Below are positions 50,297 to 62,914 of a stretch of 64,000 nt of DNA, in pieces (within the stretch, counting starts at the first letter, position 1; the number at the start of each line of letters is the position of its first letter). The notes under the pieces were generated by a model. The model saw only the letters and a list, made by a program, of their open reading frames with translations. It was not told where the DNA came from and searched no databases. The DNA is from Chiloscyllium plagiosum. Lineage: Eukaryota. The translations under genes were made by a program, and so were the position numbers. The stretch is taken from positions 5,006,352 through 5,070,351 of the forward strand of contig NC_057750.1 in the NCBI RefSeq assembly GCF_004010195.1, read 5' to 3'.

Positions 50297-50840
50297 CTTT
50301 GAGTAGAGGAGTTGGGACATCATGTTGAGGTTGTACAGCACGGTGAGACCTTATGTGGAGTACTGGGTTCAGTTCTGGTCACCCTGTTACAGGAAGGATA
50401 AACTGGAAAGGATTCAGGATGTTGCTGGGAATGAAGGGTTTGAGATATAAAAATAGACTGGAAAGCCTGGGACGACTAACACTGGAATGTAAGAGGTTGA
50501 GGGATGACCTTATTGAGGTTAATAAAATAATGAGGGGTATAGATAAAGTGAATAGCATGGTTTTTTTCTATAGAGTGAGGGAGTTCAAAACTAGGGGGCA
50601 TGTTTTTAAGATGAGAGGAGGAAGACTTAAAAAGGACCTGATGGGCAACTTTTTCACACAGGGTGGTTTGTGTGTGGAATGAACAGCCAGAGAAAGTGGT
50701 GCATGCAAATATAGTACAATGTTTAAAAGACATTTAGCTAAGTTCATGCATAGGAACGGTTTGGAGAGATATGAGCCAGTCAGGTGTGTGGGACTAGTTT
50801 AGTTTGGGAACATGGTTGTCGTGAATTGGGAGGACCAAAG
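50297..50840 (+). mobile_element. CR1 LINE 3' fragment
   Basis: RLRDDLIEVNKIMRGIDKV...TRGHVFK. Confidence 0.85.
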
Positions 50841-52219
50841 GAACTGTTCCCTTGCTGTATTACTGAAATTGATAGCAGTTAAGAAAAAGTGATATTTATG
50901 CTGATGTGAGGGAGGGGAAGGAGTGAGCAGATAGGTGGAGGAACCCAGAGAAAGAGAAAAGGGTTGGTACAGAAAAGGATTGTTAATAGTAAGCAAGGGA
51001 AGACGAGTTGTTAGTTGGTGATAATTGGAGCGATGAGCAATTGAAAATGGGTTGGCTGAACTGAAAGTCAACCATTTCATGACAATGTTGAGGTGGGTAA
51101 TAGACAAGGGAAAGAGTTTGTGCTCTGAAATAGTTAAACTTGTTGGTCTTCCAGTATTTGGATGGTTCCACCTCTCTCAAATCTTCCACTCATTGTCAGA
51201 CTTCTTTCTGTTTTCATTCAATTTTGCTGCTTAGGTCAGCATTTGTTACTCCTGGATGTAGGTTTGTTCGCTGAGCTGGAAGGTTCGTTTTCAGATGTTT
51301 TGTCACCATACTAAGTAGCATCTTCACTGAGCCTCTGGATGAAGCCCTGGTGGTATAGATGGCTTTCTATTTATCTGTTTGAGTTTCCTTGAGTTGGTGA
51401 TGTCACTTTCTGTGGTGACATCATTTTCTATAGTGATGTCATTTCCTGTTTCTATTTTCTAAGGGGTGGTAAATGAGATCCAAGTCAATATATCTGTTGA
51501 TTAATTTTCCAGTTGGAATGCCTATGCTTGTACACCACCAGTGCTTCATTCTGAGGCTCACTTGCCTAGATGGTGATGAAACATCTGAAAACGAACCTTC
51601 CAGCTCAGCGAGCAAACCTACATCGAGAACCTCAACCTGAGCTACAAATCTTCTCAAAATTTGTTACTCCTCCCTAATTGTCCCTTGACAAGGTGGCAAT
51701 GAGTTACTTTCTTGATCTGCTGCAGTTTGTTTTGGTGCACGCACAGTGCTGTTGAGGAGGGAATTCCAAGACTTTGATTTGATTTATTATAGTCACATGT
51801 ACCCAAGTACAGTGAAAACCTTTGTTAGCGAGCAGTACAGGCAGATCATAGTAAGCAATGATATACTGATCATAGGGTGCTTAGACAGAGGCATCCAGGT
51901 TACGCTGCATAGGAGGTGCACGAAGAAAGATCGACATCCCTCAGACCTGTAGGTAAATTTAAAAGATCATTATTAGTGATTTTTACAGACTTAGAATTTT
52001 GGTTTAAAAGTGTGGAATGCTTATAAGAAATATTAGAATAAGATCTGCTGTAGGGAGGTCGCAAGGAGTCGCCCGGTTTTGGTGCCACCTTGAATCCAAG
52101 TTTTACCCACCCCAGTAAAGGAACAGTGATATATTTCCAACCCAGATAGAAAAGCTAGTAAAACTGGTGAATGAGACATACTGATCTGAATTTTGTTTTC
52201 AATTATTCCCTCCCAATAG

Positions 52220-52315
52220 GTCGCTATGTGGAAACAATTGGTGAAAACAAAGGCGGAAATCGAGAAATTAGAAAATGAGAAAAATAATATTAGTGATTCA
52301 GTTAAGGCCCTCCTG
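52220..52315 (+). CDS. SARS2: SARS2 exon 2 (96 nt) VAMWKQLVKTKAEIEKLENEKNNISDSVKALL
   Basis: tag acceptor, gtgag donor, coiled-coil segment like human [32 protein letters not shown]. Confidence 0.92.
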
Positions 52316-53217
52316 GTGAGTTAAAAGATCTTTTTACATTTCAAGTAACCACAATGAGTGTCTCAAAGTGCTTGACAAACAATGAAGTATTTTTCTGAAA
52401 TGTTGTCATTTGTACTGCAGTAAGTAAAACCGATTTGCGCAACGCAGGCTCCCGTAAGTAGCAACACGGCAATAACCAGCTTATCTTTGTTTTCCTGACA
52501 AGGGATAAGTATTGGTCAGGACACACAGCGGATAATTCCTCATACCTTCTTTGAGAATTAGTGCCGTGTGATGTTTAACATCCTCCAGAGAAGGCCTCAA
52601 TTTAGAGTCTCCTGTGTGGGGCCGCATCTCTGGCTTTGCAGCACTGTCTCAGTACTCCAGTGGAGTGTCAGCCTTGAATTTTGTTCTTGGGTACTGGAAT
52701 GGAACTTGAACCCAGAACTTACCGACTCAAGGTAACAGTGTCCTCAGTTGTGCTACAATTGGTGGCTGTAGCCAATGAGCAAGTTCTGAAGTATGAGCAC
52801 TGTTGGAAGCATGGTAGCAAGTTTGATCACAGTAAGCTCCCCCGGATAGATTTTGTTTAAGCAATAATTATTAACTTAATCTGGGTGAGCACCCCTGTTC
52901 ATCTTTCAAATGCACAATTGTGAAAAATTACATTGGAGTGAGAGAGTATTGAATGTCAGCATTGATTCTGAAGCCACGTCTCTAGAGTAGGGCTTGAACC
53001 TGACTCTGAGGCAACTTTATTCACCGATCAGAGGATGTACACTCCTATTGAGTAAACAGAGGCATTATCTGTGTGTTGAGTCCAATGATGGCTTTCTACG
53101 TGTATCAGATGGAGGTGAGTCTCTTGCTCTTGCCCCAGCAATGTACAAGTAAATATGGTTAATTCTTTCTTTTAAGAAATGTGCACCATTTCTGATTGGT
53201 TGGTTTATTGTTTGCAG

Positions 53218-53247
53218 GACAAGCACAACAAAGAAACCCTTCAGTCT
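53218..53247 (+). CDS. SARS2: SARS2 exon 3 (30-nt micro-exon) DKHNKETLQS
   Basis: tttgcag acceptor, gtaagt donor, phase 0; fills the 10-aa linker between exons 2 and 4. Confidence 0.8.
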
Positions 53248-54164
53248 GTAAGTACTGTCTCTGTTGTCTGCTATCCAGAGAGGGAGTGGGTCTGGTAATT
53301 ACCAATGCAAGGTTGTACATCGAAAAGGAGCCTTTTTGGTTCTTTCTCCTGCACTTGTATCATTCTTCGCTTCAGCTGAAATTCTTTACTGTCCTGTGAG
53401 TGGCTAAATATCCTACATAGAAGAGGTCACGCTGAATATGGGTAAAGAATAATCAAATCCTCTCATTACAACTCATCCAGCTTGGCCATCAGAGTTTTGA
53501 CAAGGTTATGATTCCCGTCGCGACCAAGAATTTTCATTTAAAATAAAAAGGTCCAGGTTCATGACACCAAGTAGCAAAGGATAGAATAGTGGGGGCTAGT
53601 TTTTATTTTCAGTGAGGAACTGCATTTTATACACTTCCCACTCTAACAGTAAGTAAAAGTGGATACACACAGCTGCTCCCTCAATTAATATCCACCTTTT
53701 AATTGATATACAGTTAACACAGATGGCCATTCTGCTCCAAATTTATACTGGGCTATCTCTATCGTTTATTCCAAATAATGGTAATTTTGTGAAGGAGCAG
53801 AGGCAATTGGTATATAATTTGCTGCGCACCAAGTGGAGTACAAGCCAAATGGTCTGGCCTCTAAGTTAATGCCAGTCGAATGGGGTCAGGACTCGCACGA
53901 GGAGAAAGTGAGGACTGCAGATGCTGGAGGTCAGAGTCGAGAGCATGGTGCTGGAAAAGCACAGCAAGTCAAGCAGCATCAGGAGAATCGACGTTTCGGA
54001 AAAAAGCCTTCATCAGGAATTGCACACGTTGGGCACACACTGTCAATGCATTCCACTGTAGCCATCTCATCAAGCTAACCAACCAAATGGCATGTGTCAC
54101 ACTACATAACTTTAAAAGAAGGAATTAGATACATTTTCACTGGGAGGAAATTGCAGGGCAAGGC

Positions 54165-55086
54165 TTGTGTGCAATTCTGCCTTCCTTGCTATAGAAAGGA
54201 TGTTGTGAAACTTGATTTGGAGATGGCGGTGTTTGACTGGGGTGGACAAAGTTAAAAATCACGCAACAGCAGGTTATAGTCCAAAAGGTTTATTTGGAAG
54301 TACCAGCTTTCAGAGCGCTGCTCCTTCACCAGCTGGTTGTGGAGTATAAGATTATAAGACAGAATTTATAGCAGAAGTTACAGTTTCATGGAGCTGTAAT
54401 CATATATTTAAAAAATGAAAGACTTAATCTAAATTTGTTTAATGTATATGACATTAACCCTTCTGCTATAAATTCTGTGTCTTATGATCTTATTCTCCAC
54501 AACCACCTGATGAAGGAGCAGCGCTCCGAGAGCTAGTACTTCCAAATAAACCTGTTGGACTATAACCTGGTGTTGTGTGATTTTTAACGTTGTGAAACTT
54601 GAAAGGGTTCAGAAAAGACCTACAGGGATGTTGCCAGGATTAGAGGGTTTGAGCTATAGGGAGCGGCTGAATAGGCTGGGGCTGTTTTCCCTGGAGCGTC
54701 AGAGGCGGAGGGCTGACTTTACAGAGGTTTATAAAATCATGAGGGGCATGGATAGGGTAAATAGACAAGGTCTTTTCCCCAAGGTAAAGGAGTCCCAAAC
54801 CTAAAGGACATAGGTTTAAGGTGAGAGGGGAAAGATTTAAAATGAACCTGAGGGGCAATTTTTAAACAGAGGGTGGTACGTGTATAGAATGAGCTGCCAG
54901 AGGAAGTGGTGGAGGCTGGTACAATTGCAATATTTTAGAAGGCAGCTGGAGATGAATAGGAAGGGTTTGGAGGGATATGGGCCAAGTGCTAGCAAACTGG
55001 ACTAGATTAATTTAGGATATCTGGTCGGCATGGACGAATTGGAACAAAGGGTCTATTTCTGTGCTGTACATCTGTATGACTCTATG
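54165..55086 (+). mobile_element. CR1 LINE 3' fragment interrupted by a family-A element (54216-54588)
   Basis: CR1 frame resumes after a perfect 14-bp TSD gttgtgaaacttga (54202-54215 and 54589-54602). Confidence 0.9.
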
Positions 55087-55372
55087 CCACTCTGTTGCTA
55101 CCACACTGGGAAAACCAAACTAGAATCTTGTGCTGAGACATCAGGAGTGGAACTTGAACTCTCTGTGAATCAGAGGTGCAACTGCTATTCACTGAGCTAT
55201 GACTAATACTGTAAAGGGATGAATTCAGTACATCAAGTGTAACTTGGTTGTTTTGTCTGAATTTGACGAGTAAGGTTCGGTGACTTGTTAAAGAATTATC
55301 AAGGTGATGGAGATTGCTGGAAAGCAGGGAATGATTTTAGAGCTCTTTTGTTTTTAAAAATGTCTAAAACAG

Positions 55373-55513
55373 CATCCTGATTTCTCAAGACTGCGAAACC
55401 GAGGGAAGGAAATTCGCCTGGAATTAAATTTTCTTTATAATCAAGAGAGCCAGCTGGATGAACAATTCTATCTAAAGGCCTTGAAGCTGCCCAACTGGAC
55501 TCATCCAAGTGTG
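55373..55513 (+). CDS. SARS2: SARS2 exon 4 (141 nt) [47 protein letters not shown]
   Basis: cag acceptor, gt donor; LRxRGxEIR...FYLxALKLPNxTHP motif. Confidence 0.95.
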
Positions 55514-55892
55514 GTAAAAAAAAAAGTTCCTTTTTGTGTAAAGTGTGCGCGTCCCTTCTCCCATCTCCCCATCCCTCCTTTTCTGTTTCTCCAATTCATG
55601 CTTTCTTCCCCCTCCCTCCCGCCCTATCACTTTTACTCTCCGCCTCTTTTCTCTGTCTCCAATCTGTGATTCTGGTTTGATCATAATTATTTCAGCAAGG
55701 GCAGTCGTGCCTTCAACTAGCTGCCTACTAAGCTCTGAAATTCTCTCTCCATGTCTGTCTGCCTGCCTGTCTCCTCCCCTTGGGATGTTTCTTAAAATCT
55801 ACCTCTTCGATCATGCATTTGTTCATCTGGTCTGATATTTCCCTGTGCGGCTCCGTATCAACAATGCTTTTACTGGCATCACTCTTGTTAAG

Positions 55893-56190
55893 AGCAGCAC
55901 AGCAGCTCAAACTGCTGCCTCACGGCGCCAGGCACCTGGGTTCAGTTCCAGCCTTGGGCGACTGTCTGTGTGGAGTTTGCACATTCTCCCCGAGTCTGCG
56001 TGGGTTTCCTCCGGGTGCTCTGGTTTCCTCTCACCGGTTAGTTGGATTTGCCGTGCTAAATCACCCATGGTGCCCAAGGATGTACGGGTTAGGTGGGTTA
56101 GTCGCGGTAAATGCAAATGCTCTTTGGAGGGTCAGTATAAACTTGATGGGCCAAAAAGCTTCTATCTGCATTGTAAGGATCCTATGATTC
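55893..56190 (+). mobile_element. V-SINE (HE1-like)
   Basis: Head, body and tail recognisable. Confidence 0.8.
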
Positions 56191-57383
56191 TAAGACCATT
56201 AAGATGCTCAATTATGTTAAAGGTGCTATATAAATGCAGGCCACCTTTTCTCTCCCGGCCCCTCATTTTCTTCTCTCTGTCTGTCTCTCTCTCTCTCTTT
56301 TACCCTTGTCCATTTCTCACGCTCTCCTGCAGTCTTTCCCTGCACTCTTGGTCTGTGCTTGCATTCTCTTTGCCCACTTATCCCCCACTCTTCTCTGACT
56401 CAGGTTTCTGTCTCTTAATTGACTCTGCAAACATGGCGGCAGAGTTGGGTCTCTGTGCTCCACGTCTAGAGTGTGAAACTCTCGAGTCTCAACTTCTCGG
56501 GAGTTTTCAGTCTACTTTCTGTTGTTTCTTTTTATAAACATGCAACCATTACCATTAAAAAAAAAAGTTGTTTGGTCAGATTACTGGTGTAAAGGCTTCA
56601 GCCTAAAGGCGTTGTTGTTCCTTATCTGTTGACCCAACCTGGCACATCAAGCCTGCAAAGGATTTGATTGGAAACAGCATGTGGAATGTCAGTCCCTTTG
56701 CCCCATCCCCCTCTCTGCTGCTGACATTTGCACAGGATAAGGCAGTTGGTACTTCAAAGGGTCAACTGACATCATGGAACATGAATCACAAAAAGTTGGT
56801 TTGCAGATGTAGCGCGTAAATCCAGAGGGTTGTGAATCTGTGCAATTCCCTGCCCAGTGAAGCAGTTGAGGCTTGCTCCTTGAATGTTTTTTAAGGCAAA
56901 GTTAGATGGATTTTTGAACAGTAAAGGAATTCCGGGTTATAGTGAGCAGGCAGGTAGGTGGAGCTGAGCCCATGATAAAGATCAGCCATGATCTTACTGA
57001 ATGGGGGGGACAGGCTCAAGGGGGCCAGATGGCCTACTCCTGCTCCTATTACTTATGGAATAAGCTCCATCCATCAGGATAGAAAGGATTATGTTCCTGG
57101 GGCGAGCTAACCTAAATGTTTTTGTGTGTTGCAGTACAAGGTCCATGTAGTTTAGTGATTTGTACTTGCACTTAAGTCGAGCCCTGATGCCTCACAAGAA
57201 GTCGTTATGTATCTCAGATGTGGCGTAGTCAGCTGTTAGGTATTATGCAATGAACTTCCACTGTTGATCAAGATTAAATCTGTCTTCTGCAGATGATTAT
57301 CCTTTCCCATGTGGTAATAGTCACTTAGACTAATGCCAATGGTTGCAGAAGGATTGGTTGCAGTGAATCTAGACATACTCGTA

Positions 57384-57815
57384 AAATCCCTACAGAGTGA
57401 AAGCAGGCCATTCAGCCCATCACATCCACACTGAACCTCAGAGCAGCCCCTACCCTATCCCTGGAACCCAGCACTTACCATGACGCATCCACCTAACCTG
57501 CACATCCCTGGTCACTATGGGACAACTTAGCATGACCAATTCACCCTAACCTGCGCATCCCTGGTCACTATGGGACAACTTAGCATGACCAATTCATCCT
57601 AACCTGCGCATCCCTGGTCACTATGGGACAACTTAGCATGACCAATTCACCTAACCTGCACATCTTTGGATTGTGGCAGGAAACCGGAGGATACCCACAC
57701 AGACACGGGAAGAATGTGCAAAAACCACACAGACACTCACCTGAGGCTGGACTCGAACCCAGGTCCTTGGCACTGTGAGGCAGCAGTACTAACCACTTGA
57801 GCCACTATGCTGCCC
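57384..57815 (-). mobile_element. V-SINE (HE1-like) with an internal ~53-nt segment triplicated (57495-57660)
   Basis: ctaacctgc(a/g)catccctggtcactatgggacaacttagcatgaccaattca repeated three times. Confidence 0.88.
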
Positions 57816-57958
57816 TACCCAAGGCATCCCAGATGGTCCAGATAAATGCCATTCCTTTCATTCTCAATGCTCAGAGCTTAAAACCTACAAACACTTTATT
57901 GAAACAGGAGTTGGAAAAGCTCAGCTGGTCAGGCAGCATCCGGGGAGAGAGAAATTAG

Positions 57959-57996
57959 AGTTAACATTTCAGGTCCAGTGACCCTTCCTCAGAACT
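57959..57996 (-). ncRNA. Minimal hammerhead ribozyme motif (family C)
   Basis: Minus strand agtt-CTGAGGA-a-GGGTC-actg-GACCT-GAAA-tg-TT/aact; stems I and II pair. Confidence 0.68.
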
Positions 57997-58656
57997 GACC
58001 CAAAACGTTCACTGATTTCTCACCACGTTTTATGTTTAATGTTTCTGATATCCAGCATCTACAGTTGTTTAGTTTTTAAACTTTCCACTGACTTGCAATT
58101 CTCCACGCTGACGAGACATGGATTTCACTGTGTATCAAATTGTGCTACATGTGTACAAACGATAGACTGTTCTTGTATGAAGCTAACTGCAGTATTCAAT
58201 GTTGCCCTCCCTGATTCAATCCAGTATTGCAGCCACACAACATGGGAAGCCTGCTTTCTTCAGTTTGCTACTTTTGGGTAACGCGGGTGGCAGGATGTTG
58301 ACATTCTGGTAACATCACCTCACCGATAATCGGAAGGCTGATGCTGTGGAGACCTGGGTTTAAATCCCAGCCCTCTGGCTGGTGGAATTAGAGTTCAACT
58401 AATCAAGCATGGGTTTAAAGCCAGTCTTAGTAAACAGTGACCGTGAGAGCTAATATTGATTGTGATAAAAATAAAACCATTGTGTATGACTTGACGACCA
58501 ATCGCTTTTTAGGGTAGAGTCCTTACTGGGTCTGATCTGCAAGTAGCTCCAGTGGTTGACTTTTAATGGTTTTCTGCAATAGCAAGATGTCCATTTATGG
58601 GTAGTTGGGGATGGGCTATTCTTGTCAGTGATGTCCACGTCCCATGGACGAATAAA

Positions 58657-58970
58657 GGCGGCTCAGTGGTTAGCACTGCTGCCTCACTGCGCCAGGGACC
58701 TGGGTTTGATTCCAGCCTCGGGCAACTGTCTGGGTGGAGTTTGCACATTCTCCCCGTGTCTGTGTGGGTTTCCTCCCACAGTCCAAAAGGTGTGCAGGTC
58801 AGGGTGAATTGGCCATGCTAAATTGCCCATAGTGTTAGGTGCAATAGTCAGGGGTAAATATAAGGTAGGGGAATGGGTCTGGGTGGGTTACTTTTCGGAG
58901 CGTCGGTGTGGACTTGTTGGGCCAAAGGGCCTGTTCCCATACTGTAGGGAATCAAATCAAATCTAATCTA
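58657..58970 (+). mobile_element. V-SINE (HE1-like)
   Basis: Full head, body and (aatct) tail. Confidence 0.88.
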
Positions 58971-59075
58971 AAAGGTAAAAACAAGCACCAAATCCACCCA
59001 ATTACCACCCACCTCTGTCTGATTCAGGTCAGTTTCTGTCCAGCCTTACCTGATCCCTGTTTCTCTTTTCTTCAG

Positions 59076-59130
59076 CCTGTAGGTGATGAGAGCCAGGCTC
59101 ATGTGGTTGAAATTGTTGGTGATAAGCCAG
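59076..59130 (+). CDS. SARS2: SARS2 exon 5 (55 nt) PVGDESQAHVVEIVGDKP
   Basis: Polypyrimidine tract plus cag, gtgag donor; PVGDESQA motif. Confidence 0.95.
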
Positions 59131-59649
59131 GTGAGAATCTTCCATTATCGATAGCCACGGCATAGAGAATGTACCTCACAACGCACACACTTGTGCATTT
59201 CTGTAGCATCCTTTAACACCATGATCTGTCCCGTGGAACGTTATCAATCAAGCAGAATTTGAATCGCCCAAGCACGTATTGGATGAGCAGAACTTGGACA
59301 AAGATGTAGGTTTACACCTTAAATGAATAAAACAGTTTAGAGAGGGCGCTTGAGAGCTTACAGCTCAGACCGAAAGTGGCGTCTGTCAGTGACGGAATGT
59401 TTAAAATCAGGGCTGCTTGATGAGCAGAAGCAGAAATCTCTGAGGGATGTGGGGCTGCAGGATATTACGGTCACGGGGAAGGCTGGGGGATTTGAAATAG
59501 AGGATGAACATTCAAAAATCTGCCTGACAGTCAGCCAGTAAGGGTTAGCGAAAGTGCAACTGATGGGTAAATCGAGGCATGCGTAATGTCATCTTCTGAT
59601 GGAATCTGAGGAAAATGATGACTTGTGCCCTCGATGGCGATTGTAGTCA

Positions 59650-59849
59650 TGATGTGGAGGTGCCAGTGTTGGACTGGGGTGGACAGTCAGAAGTCCCATG
59701 ACACCAGGGTATGGTCCAACCGTTTTATTTGCAATCACAAGCTTTCGGAGCGCTGCCCCTTTGTCAGGTGAAGACTCTGCAGCGCTTTGAAAGCTTGTGA
59801 TTTCAATAAACCTGTTGGACTATAACCTGGTGTCATGTGACTTCTGACT
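59650..59849. mobile_element. Palindromic element family A
   Basis: Same inverted repeats; hammerhead core mutated (CTGACAA). Confidence 0.75.
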
Positions 59850-60148
59850 CCTTCATGATTGACAGTGGACCGCAGAAAAGCAAATGACAAGCAGACCCAA
59901 GTGTAGATTCGTGGTTACAAAGTGTAAAAAGTGCTGTAATCTGAAATACGTCACCAGTAAACACACAAAAAAGGGCTCCGGTACGAATTAGGATACGGGC
60001 AGCAGATTTTTGGATGACGTCCAAATTGATAGAGAAGTAGGTTTGACAACTCTAGTCTGAGTGACAGCAGCATGAGTGAGTTTCGAACTATTTTGTTTCT
60101 TGGAATAGCCTGAGATTCCCAAAATGTTGATTTTCAATTGCCCACAAC

Positions 60149-60186
60149 AATTCCTGATGAAGGGCTTTTGCCCGAAACATCGATTT
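60149..60186 (+). ncRNA. Minimal hammerhead ribozyme motif (family B), sense strand of SARS2 intron 5
   Basis: aattc-CTGATGA-a-GGGC-tttt-GCCC-GAAA-ca-TC/gattt. Confidence 0.62.
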
Positions 60187-60569
60187 CCCTGCTCCTTGGG
60201 TGCTGTCTGACCTGCTGTGCTTTTCCAGTACCACACCCTCAACGCCACAACAATTTACAAGCAGCTCCTCAGAATAGAATTCTTCTGGCACTGAGGGTAA
60301 TGTCCACTGCTCTCGGCTAGGGATCAAACTCCAGCCCAGGATTTGAATGCCAAGGAAGATGTATTCAGAATGTGCAAACCCTTCCAAAACAAGCCAATGG
60401 CTGGCGGTAAGAGTGGGAGAGATGCTTGCTCATTTCTGATCATGTGCCTTTGGGCTAGTTAGCTTAATGTCTGTCATTGGGAAGACTTTAGCCACAGTTC
60501 TTAAAGATAATGCAGTAAAGCAGTTAGAATCTTTCAAGGTATTCATGCAGAGTCAATATAATAGAATAG

Positions 60570-60884
60570 TATTCCTACAGTGTGTAAGCAGGCCGTTCGG
60601 CCCACCGAGTCCACACCAACCCTCCACCCAGATGCAATCCCTACCCTTCCACTGGCTCGCCCTCGCACCCTAGACACAGTGGGGCAATTTAGCATGGCCA
60701 ATCCATCTAACTTGCACATCTTTGGTCTGTGGGAGGAAACCGGAGCAGCCAGAGGACATCCATGCAGACACTGGGGGGGGGAACATGCAAACTCCACACA
60801 GACAGTCACCCGAGGCTGGAGTCGAACCCAGGTCCCTGGCAGCTATGAGGCAGCAGCGCTAACCACTGAGCCACCGTGCCACCC
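60570..60884 (-). mobile_element. V-SINE (HE1-like)
   Basis: Reverse-complement full copy. Confidence 0.85.
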
Positions 60885-61291
60885 ATCTGCAAGGAAATCG
60901 TATTGAACCAATTTATTGAATCCTTTGAAGAAGCTCGGCACCATCCAGGACAAAGCAGCCCCCGCTTCATTGGCACCACATCCACTCCCTCCACCACCGA
61001 CGCTCAGTAAGCAGCAGTATGTACCATCTACAAGATGTACTGCAGATATTCACCAAGGCTCCTCAGACAGCACCTTCCAAACCCACAAACACTTTCTTCT
61101 GGAAGTAGAATGGATGTTGGAGAATTTAGGTTACTGTTTCAAAATATGCAGTCGCCAGTCACACAGTGAAGAACATTGTGGTTAGTAATCCGACTGTTTG
61201 TGAGTGATGCTGGCGGAACAGCCAATACCAGAAAAGGCTTTAATTTGTGTCTAAAAAACACTGACTGTTCCCCTCTTTTGTTCTCTTCCAG

Positions 61292-61355
61292 TGTTTGATT
61301 TTAAACCCAAGGGCCATTTGCAAATTGGTGAAGACCTGGGCATTATCAGACAACG
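61292..61355 (+). CDS. SARS2: SARS2 exon 6 (64 nt) VFDFKPKGHLQIGEDLGIIRQR; gene continues beyond the window
   Basis: ttccag acceptor, gtaag donor; matches human [22 protein letters not shown]. Next exon not found before 64000. Confidence 0.94.
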
Positions 61356-61911
61356 GTAAGACCATAAAACCACAGGACGCAGAGCAGGAATAGGCCATTC
61401 AGTCCATCAAGTCTGCTCCATCATTTAGTGAGGTTGTGGCTGACCTAATGATCCTCAACTCCATTCTCATCCCCATGACCCTTGATTCCCTTCCTGATCT
61501 GACCACCTCGGCCTTGAATAAATTTCACAGCCCTCTGCAGTAAAGAATTACACCGAATCAGTACCCGCTGAGAAAAAGAATCCTCTTCTTTTCTGTTTTA
61601 ACCCCTTATTCTGAGATGATACCCTCTAATCCTAAACACTCTCACAAAGAGAAACAACTTCTCTGCATCTACCCTGTCAAGTCCCTCAACGATTAGAACA
61701 TAGTTGATTCCCTTCCTGATCTGACCACCTCGGCCTTGAATAAATTTCACAGCCCTCTGCAGTAAAGAATTACACTGAATCAGTACCCGCTGAGAAAAAG
61801 AATCCTCTTCTGTTTTAACCCCTTATTCTGAGATGATACCCTCTAATCCTAAACTCTCTCACAAAGAGAAACAACTTCTCTGCATCTACCCTGTCAAGTC
61901 CCTCAACGATT

Positions 61912-62245
61912 TAGAACATAGAACATAGAAAAATACAGCGCAGTACAGGCCCTTTGGCCCTCGATGTTGCGCCGATCCAAGCCCACCTAACCTACACTAG
62001 CCCACTATCCTCCATATGCCTATCCAATGCCCGCTTAAATGCCCATAAAGAGGGAGAGTCCACCACTGCGACTGGCAGGGCATTCCATGAACTCACAACT
62101 CGCTGAGTAAAGAATCTACCCCTAACATCTGTCCTATACCTACCACCCCTTAATTTAAAGCTATGCCCCCTCGTAATAGCTGACTCCATACGTGGAAAAA
62201 GGTTCTCATGGTCAACCCTATCTAAACCCCTAATCATCTTATATG
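61912..62245 (-). mobile_element. Young CR1-type 3' fragment with (tagaaca)n tail
   Basis: Open frame YKMIRGLDRV...TRGHSFKLRGGRYRTDVRGRFFTQRVVSSWNALP; CpGs retained. Confidence 0.88.
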
Positions 62246-62620
62246 TTTCAATGTTCTTCTCATTCTTTGAAACTTGAATGAATACAGGCCCAACCTTCCT
62301 TCCATAAGAAAATCTCTCCATACCCAGGATGAATACAGTGATCCTTCTCTGAACTGCCTCAAACTGTAGACGACCTTTCCTTGGCTAAGGGACCAAAGCT
62401 CTTCAGAGCATTCTAGGTTCAGTCTAAACAGTTCCCATGTGTGGTTTTTTTAGCAAGACTTTCAAAAGATGAGATGAGTTCCAATTCCTTTTTTTCTGTC
62501 AAACTGCAAAAGGGCATTGAAACATTCCTGTCTCCAGAAAACTTCAGTTGATTGACTGAAGATTAAAGACTGGATGATATTTGACTTGAATAGGATTTCT
62601 ATGCAGGGTGAGGATTTACA

Positions 62621-62914
62621 GGGCGGCACAATGGCTCAGTGGTTAGCACTGCTGCCTCACAGCATCAGGGACCCCAGGTTCGATTCCAGTGATTGTCTGG
62701 GTGGTGTTTCTCCCCATGTCTGCGTGGGTGTGCTCCAGTTTCCTCCCACAGTTAGGTGGGATTGGCTATGCTAAGTTGTCCCTTAGTGTGCAGGTTAGGT
62801 AGGTTAGCCATGGGAGATGTGGGGATAGGTTGGAGAGCTGGGTGGAATGCTGTTTGGAGGATTGGTGTAGACCCGATTGGCTGAATGGCCTGGTTCCAGC
62901 CTGTAGGGATTCTA
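62621..62914 (+). mobile_element. V-SINE (HE1-like)
   Basis: gggcggcacaatggctcagtggttagcactgctgcctcacag head, tgtagggattctat tail. Confidence 0.85.

Noticed and set aside
55845..56537. 230-aa ORF in SARS2 intron 4
   Set aside because: Made of a SINE plus CT-rich low-complexity sequence; no protein family signal.
62621..62690. tRNA-like sequences with A/B boxes (many copies)
   Set aside because: They continue into SINE bodies and tails; these are SINE heads, not tRNA genes.
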